In this document: positions 53,849 to 60,000 of the stretch, piece by piece
Layout: each line of letters starts with the position of its first letter
Position numbering within the stretch: position 1 is the stretch's first letter
Assembly (NCBI RefSeq): GCF_963921235.1
Contig: NC_086108.1
Location: 72,666,001-72,726,000 of the forward strand
Source: Mobula hypostoma
Taxonomy: Eukaryota
Length of the DNA: 60,000 nt
Reading direction: 5' to 3'
Notes under the pieces: model-generated
The model's input: the letters and a program-made list of their open reading frames with translations, nothing else
Told to the model about the DNA's origin: nothing
Databases searched by the model: none
Translations under genes and position numbers: made by a program

Positions 53849-54440
53849 TTAACAACAGAAGAACAGAAAAATACAACAACATGAACATGAGGAAAGTAGA
53901 ATTTGCCCAGATTTTCAACCTTTGATAGACCTGTTTATCCTATGTCTATAGTAACAAAATATAAAGGTGGGATGAGATTTGTGTGGGATCTTCAGATTCT
54001 GCCAAAGGTAGATTAAGACATGCTTAATAGGGTAGGTGTGTAGATAGTGTCCCTTACGCATTTTGTACTGGGTTTTTGTGTGCTCCTGATGAATGAACTG
54101 TAAATTGTCAGTGCCTTCCCGAAAATTTGATTTCCATTTTGAACAATCTTGGACCAGTGATTTTAAATTGGTTCTTCTGTTAACCCGCTAATCTGTTCAC
54201 AGCACGGAGTTCCGAATAGTGTATCTGTTTCAGGAGTCTGGTGTTGTTATATGAACAAAATTTCCTGTCCAGCAGAGTCATCTGGGTAAATTTAAAACCT
54301 CAGTTCTGGGGGGCCAGACCTTGGGAGAGGGCTCTGAAATTGAAGTTCATTTATATGACATATAGATTGGTGGTATCTCTCATGTACTTTAACCTTACTG
54401 TCATAGCTCAAGAGAGCAAGATAGTGAGGTCAGCAAAATA

Positions 54441-54760
54441 GTGGCACAGCTGGTAGAGCTGATGCCTAACAGCTCCAGCAATCGGGGTTCGATCCTGACC
54501 TCTGCCAAAAGAGGATAAGACATGCTTAATAGGATAGGTGTGTAGGTAGTGTCCCTCATGCATTTTATACTGGGTTTTTGTGTGCTCCTGATGTGGAGTT
54601 TGCTCATTTTCCATGTGGTTGAGTGGGTTTCCTCCAAATGCTCCAGTTTCCTCCCAAATCCAGGTGATCTGTGGGTTGGTAGGTTAATTGGCCATGGTAA
54701 ATATACCCTTCATGTAGATTATGGTAGAGAATGTGGGAAAACAAAATAGGTTACAGGAGA
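54441..54760 (+). mobile_element. tRNA-derived V-SINE (HE1-like) carrying a foreign ~90-bp insert
   Basis: gtggcacagctggtagagc (A box), ggttcgatcc (B box), V-domain gtggagtttgc...gtgggtttcctcc...tgctccagtttcctccc. Confidence 0.8.
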
Positions 54761-54825
54761 AATTAAGAAAAAGGGATTTTTCCATGAGCCAGGATAGACA
54801 CAAAAAAAGGAGAAGGAACCTGTCC

Positions 54826-54992
54826 CACCACACAAAATGCTGGAGGAACTCAGCAGGACTTTACTTTCAGGTCTCGTCCTGAAACATTGAAATGTTTATT
54901 CCCCTCCATAGATGCTGCCCCACTTGCTGAGTTCCTCCAGTATTTTGTGTGGTTGCTCTGGGCCTCCAGCACCTGTAGAATCTCTTGTGTTT
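54826..54992 (+). mobile_element. Miniature fold-back PLE derivative
   Basis: ccacacaaaatgctggaggaactcagcagg pairs with ttgctgagttcctccagtattttgtgtgg; tail ctccagcacctgtagaatctcttgtgttt. Confidence 0.8.
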
Positions 54993-55425
54993 AATCATAG
55001 CTGAACTATGCTGATCTCAAATAGATGTACCAAAAAATCTCTTTCCAGGCTGTAAGGAAATATAGACAATAGGAAACACTATAAATGCCAGAAAATTGGC
55101 ATTGTATACTCATTGTCTCCATAAAACCAAATTCAGCATCCACTCCCAAGCTGGTACCCAGCTCTGACTCACTGATTACACTCAGCTGGTTCTGACAAAC
55201 CAGCCAGATTCTTCACATGCCAGGCACCAGATTCCTGAATCATCCTGTTCTGAGGGATCCTGTGCAGATACTTGAATATGACTGATTCTGGAGGGAACCT
55301 TTAAATAGATGTGCATTATGCACGTAGATGCATATCTCCCCAAAATACACATAATTCATAATAGATATAGAAGTGCAACTGGGTCACGTCATGATTTCTG
55401 TTCACAATACCAAGTGATTGGAATT

Positions 55426-57816
55426 GGGTGGTAATCTCAGGATTGCTACCTGTGCTACGTGCCAGTGAGGGTAAGAATAGGATGCTCTGGAGGATGAACA
55501 AGTGGCTGAGGAACTGGTGTAGGGGTAGGGTTTCAGATTTCAGGATCATTGGGACCTCTTCTGGGGCAGGTGGGACCTGTACAAGAGAGACTGGTTACAC
55601 TTGAACTACAAGGGGACCAATATCCTTTCAGCGAGGTTTGTTAGTGCTATTGGGGAGGCTTTGAACTAGATTTGCAGGGGGATGGGAATCAGAGTGCCAG
55701 AGCTGACAGTGTGGCTGAGGTGAAAATAAATGATGTTATAAGTTCAAGCAAAGCCGCAAATAGAAGGGTTGTGAGTGGTGGTAAAAATCTTCTGAGGTGT
55801 ATATATTTCAATGCTAGGAGTATTGCGGGGAAGGCTGACGAGCTGAGGGCATGGATTGACACATGGAATCACGACATTATAGCCATTAGTGAAACTTGGC
55901 TACAGGAGGGGCAGGACTGGCAGCTTAATATTCCAGGGTTCCGATGTTTCAGATGTGATCGAGGCAGAGGAATGAAAGGTGGGGGGGTAGCATTGCTTGT
56001 CAGGGAAAATGTTACAGCAGTGCTCAGGCAGGACAGATGAGAGGGCTTGTCTACTGAGTCCTTATGGGTGGAGCTGAGAAAGAGGAAAGGCATGGCCACA
56101 TTAGTGGGGTTGTATTATAGACCACCCAATAGTCAGCGAGAATTGGAGGAGCAAATCTGCAGAGAGATAGCAGGCAACTGCAGGAAACATAAAGTTGTGG
56201 TGGTAGGGGATTTTATTTTCCACATATTGATTGGGACTCCTATACTGTTAGGAGTCGAGATGGGTTAGAGTTTGTAAAATGTGTTCAGGAAAGTTTTCTA
56301 AATCAATATATAGAGGTACCAACTAGAGGGGATGCGATATTAGATCCCCTATTAGGAAACGAGTTAGGACAAGTAACCGAAGTGTGTGTAGGGGAGCACT
56401 TTGGTTCCAGTGATCATAACACCATTAGTTTCAACTTGTTCATGGATAAAGATAGATCTGGTCCCAGGGTTGAGGTTCTAAACTGGAAGGAGGCCAAATT
56501 TGAAGAAATGAGAAAGGATCTAAAAAGCGTGGATTGGGACAGGTTGTTCTCTGGCAAGGCTGTGATCGGTAAGTGGGAAGCCTTCAAAGGAGAAATTTTG
56601 AGAGTGCAGAGCTTGTATGTTCCCGTCAGGATTAAAGGCAAAGTGAATAGGAATAAGGAACCTTGGTTTTCAAGGGATATTGCAACTCTGATAAAGAAGA
56701 AGAGAGAGTTGTATGACATGTATAGGAAACAGGGAGTAAATAAGGTGCTTGAGGAGTTTAAAAAGTGCAAGAAAGTACTTAAGAAGGAAATCAGGAGGGC
56801 TAAAAGAAGACATGAGGTTGCCTTGGCAGTCAAAGTGAAGGATAATCCAAAGAGTTTTTACAGGTATATTAAGAGTAAAAGGATTGTAAGGGATAAAATT
56901 GGTCCTCTTGAAGATCAGAGTGGTCGGCTATGTGCGGAACCAAAAGAAATGTGGGAGATCTTAATTGGTTTTTTTGCATCTGTATTTACTAAGGATACTG
57001 GGATGAAGTCTATGGAATTACGGGAAACAAGTAGTGACATCATAGAAACTGTACAGATTGAAAAGAAGGAGGTGCTTGTTATCTTGAGGCAAATTAAAGT
57101 GGATAAATCCCCAGGACCTGACAGGGTGTTCCCTCGGACCTTGAAGGAGACTAGTGTTGAAATTGCAGGGGCCCTGGCAGATATATTTAAAATGTCAGTG
57201 TCTACTGGTGAGGTGCCGGAGGATTAGAGAATGGCTCATGTTGTTCTGTTGTTTAAAAAAGGATCGAAAAGTAATCCGGGAGATTATAGGCCGGTAAATT
57301 TGACGTCGGTAGTGGGTAAGTTATTGGAGGGAGTACTAAGAGACAGAATCTACAAGCATTTGGATAGACAGGGACTTATTAGGGAGAGTCAACATGGCTT
57401 TGTGCGTGTTAGGTCATGTTTGACCAATCTATTGGAGTTTTTCGAGGAGGTTACCAGGAAAGTGGATGAAGGGAAGGCAGTGGATGTTGTCTACATGGAC
57501 TTCAGTAAGGCCTTTGACAAGGTCCTGCATGGGAGGTTAGTTAGGAAAATTCAGTCGCTACATGTACATGGAGAGGTGGTAAATTGGATTAGGCATTGGC
57601 TCAATGGAAGAAGCTAAAGAGTGGTAGTAGAGGATTGCTTCTCAGAGTAGAGGCCTGTGACTAGTGGTGTGCCACAGGGATCAGTGTTGGGTCCATTGTT
57701 ATTTGTCATCTATATCAATGATCTGGATGATAATGTGGTAAATTGGATCAGCAAATTTGCTGATGATACAAAGACTGGAGGTGTAGTGGACAGTGAGGAA
57801 GGTTTTCAAAGCTTGC
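55426..57816 (+). mobile_element. CR1 LINE: ORF1 C-terminus (SGNH-esterase-like), ORF2 endonuclease and RT, interrupted by a PLE
   Basis: ORF1-like VVISGLLPV...NKWLRNWC...DHWDLFWGRWDLYKRDWLHLN; endonuclease CIYFNARSI...[56 protein letters not shown]; several stops and frameshifts. Confidence 0.93.
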
Positions 57817-57877
57817 GACACACATCAAAGTTACTGGTGAACGCAGCAGGCCAGGCAGCATCTCTAGGAAGAGGTAC

Positions 57878-57913
57878 AGTCGACGTTTCAGGCCGAGACC
57901 CTTCGTCAGGACT
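57878..57913 (-). ncRNA. Minimal type-I hammerhead ribozyme motif, intact core with GUC cleavage triplet
   Basis: The minus strand reads AGTC-CTGACGA-AGGGTCTCGGCCT-GAAAC-GTC-GACT: stem I AGTC/GACT, stem II hairpin, palindromic ACGT. Confidence 0.82.
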
Positions 57914-58227
57914 AACTGAAGGAAGAGTTAGTAAGAGATTTGAAAATGGGAGGGGGGGGAGATCCAAAATGATAGGAGAAGACAGGAGAGGGAGGAATGG
58001 AGCCAAGAGCTGGACAGGTGATTGGCAAAGAGGATATGAGAGGATCATGGGACAGGAGGTCCGGGGAGAAAGACAAGGGGTGGGGGGAACCCAGAGGATG
58101 GGCAAGGGGAATAGTCAGAGGGACAGAGGGAGAAAAAGAGTGAGAGAAAGAATGTGTGTATAAAAATAAATAACGGATGGGGTACGAGGGGGAAGTGGGG
58201 CACTAGCGGAAGTTAAAGAAGTCAATG

Positions 58228-59769
58228 CCTGCCTGTCCTGGCAGACCTATTGTCTCAGCTTGCTCCTGCCCCACCAAACTAGTTTCTGTATACCTCAACA
58301 CGGTTTTATCCCCCCTTGTTCAATCCCATCCTACCTATGTTCGTGACACATCTCACGCTCTTAAACTTTTCAATGATTTTAAGTTCCCTGGCCCCCACCG
58401 CTTTATTTTCACCATGGATGTCCAGTCCCTATATACCTCCATCCCCCATCAGGAAGGTCTCAAAGCTCTCCACTTCTTTTTGGATTCCAGTCCTCATCAG
58501 TTCCCCTCTACCACCACGTTGTTCCGTGTAGCGGAATTAGTCCTTACTCTTAATAATTTCTCCTTTGGCTCCTCCCACTTCCTCCAACTAAAGGTGTAGC
58601 TATGGGCACCCGTATGGGTCCTAGCTATGCCTGCCTTTTTGTTGGCTTTGTGGAACAATCTATGTTTTGTACCTATTCTGGTAACTATTCCCCACTTTTC
58701 TTTCGCTACATCGACGACTGCATTGGCACTGCTTCCTGCACGCATGCAGAGCTCGTTGACTTTATTAACTTTGCCTTCAACTTTCACCCTGCCCTCAAGT
58801 TTACCTGGTCCATTTCCGACACCTCCCTCCCCTTTCTAGATCTTTCTCTCTATCTCTGGAGACAGCTTATAAACTGACGTCTACTATAAGCCTACTGACT
58901 CTCACAGCTATCTGGACTATTCCTCTTCTCACCCTATCTCTTGCAAAAATGCCATCCCCTTCTCGCAATTCCTCTGTCTCCGCCGCATCTGCTCTCAGGA
59001 TGAGGCTTTTCATTCCAGTACAAGGGAGATGTCTTCCTTTTTTAAAGAAAGGGGCTTCCCTTCCTCCACCATCAACTCTGCTCTCAAACGCATCTCCCCC
59101 ATTTCACGCACATCTGCTCTCACTCCATCCTCCCGCCACCCCACTAGGAATAGGGTTCCCCTTGTCCTCACCTACCACCCCACCAGCCTCCGGGTCCAAC
59201 ATATTATTCTCCGTAACTTCCGCCACCTCCGACGGGATCCCACCACTAAACACATCTTTCCCTCCCCCCCCCTCTGCTTTCCGCAGGGATCACTCCCTTC
59301 GCGACTCCCTTGTCCATTCGTCCCCCCATCCCTCCCCACTGATCTCCCTTCTGGCACTTATCCTTGTAAGCGGAACAAGTGCTACACATGCCCTTACACT
59401 TCCTCCCTTACCACCATTCAGGACCCCAGACAGTCCTTCCAGGTGAGTCGACACTTCACCTGTGAGTCGGCTGGGGTGATATACTGCGTCCAGTGCTCCC
59501 GATGTGGCCTTCTATATATTGGTGAGACCCAACGCAGACTGGGAGACCGCTTTGCTGAACACCTATGCTCTGTCCGCCAGCGAAAGCAGGATCTCCCAGT
59601 GGTCACACATTTTAATTCCACATCCCATTCCCATTCTGACATGTCTATCCACGGCCTTCTCTACTGTAAAGATGAAGCCTCACTCAGGTTAGAGGAACAA
59701 CACCTTATATTCCGTCTGGGTAGCCTCCAACCTGATGGCATGAACATTGACTTCAATAACTTCCGCTAA
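58228..59769 (+). pseudogene. PLE reverse transcriptase-GIY-YIG endonuclease ORF, 5'-truncated, frameshifted
   Basis: PGRPIVS, FTMDVQSLYTSIP, MGTRMGPSYACLF, RYIDD, LPFLDL; Cys linker CKRNKCYTC (Neptune-like); VIYCVQCSRCGLLYIGETQRRLGDRFAEH. Confidence 0.92.
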
Positions 59770-60000
59770 TGCCCCACCTCCCCCTCGTATCCCATCCGTT
59801 ATTTATTTTTATACACATTCTTTCTCTCACTCTCCTTTTTTTCCCCTCTGTCCCTCTGACTATTCCCCTTGCCCATCCTCTGGGTTCCCCCCGCCTTGTC
59901 TTTCTCCCCGGACCTCCCGTCCCATGATCCTCTCATATCCCCTTTGCCAATCACCTGTCCAGCTCTTGGCTCCATCCCTCCCCCTCCTGTCTTCTCCTAT

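Larger units (their letters stand above)
57817..60000 (+). mobile_element. Neptune-type Penelope-like element with inverted 5' arm (57817-58227), RT-GIY-YIG ORF and 3' UTR running off the window
   Basis: 57817-58227 is the reverse complement of the element's own 3' region from 59745 onward; the coding part begins at 58228. Confidence 0.93.

Noticed and set aside
57657..58163. Apparent CR1-RT fusion ORF with a novel C-terminus (likewise the end of ORF 11383-12528)
   Set aside because: Chance read-through from broken CR1 RT into non-coding PLE sequence; the upstream CR1 has stop codons
1..60000. Prokaryotic systems (CRISPR, retron, operons)
   Set aside because: The sequence is eukaryotic; all RT motifs belong to CR1, Rex1 or Penelope retroelements and no regularly spaced repeat array is present

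Overview
Vertebrate genomic DNA with a repeat landscape typical of a cartilaginous fish (shark or ray; inferred from the repeat families). The window appears almost entirely intronic. The only host coding sequence I can support is one 132-bp plus-strand exon (36330-36461) encoding part of the BH/RhoGAP domain of a class IA PI3K regulatory subunit (p85 family). The rest contains decayed CR1 and Rex1/Babar LINEs, tRNA-derived SINEs, a Tigger/pogo remnant, microsatellites, and about ten copies of a Neptune-type Penelope-like element (PLE). The PLEs are the most structured signal. They carry minimal type-I hammerhead ribozyme motifs. They recur in one fold-back architecture (an inverted copy of their own 3' end at the 5' junction, lacking the last ~35-nt tail) at sizes from ~170 bp to >2.1 kb. 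Three copies are nested inside CR1 LINEs, two with clear target-site duplications (TSDs), and nearly all point in the host-gene direction. Most ORFs in the supplied track are TE fragments or spurious. Boundaries of old repeats are approximate.
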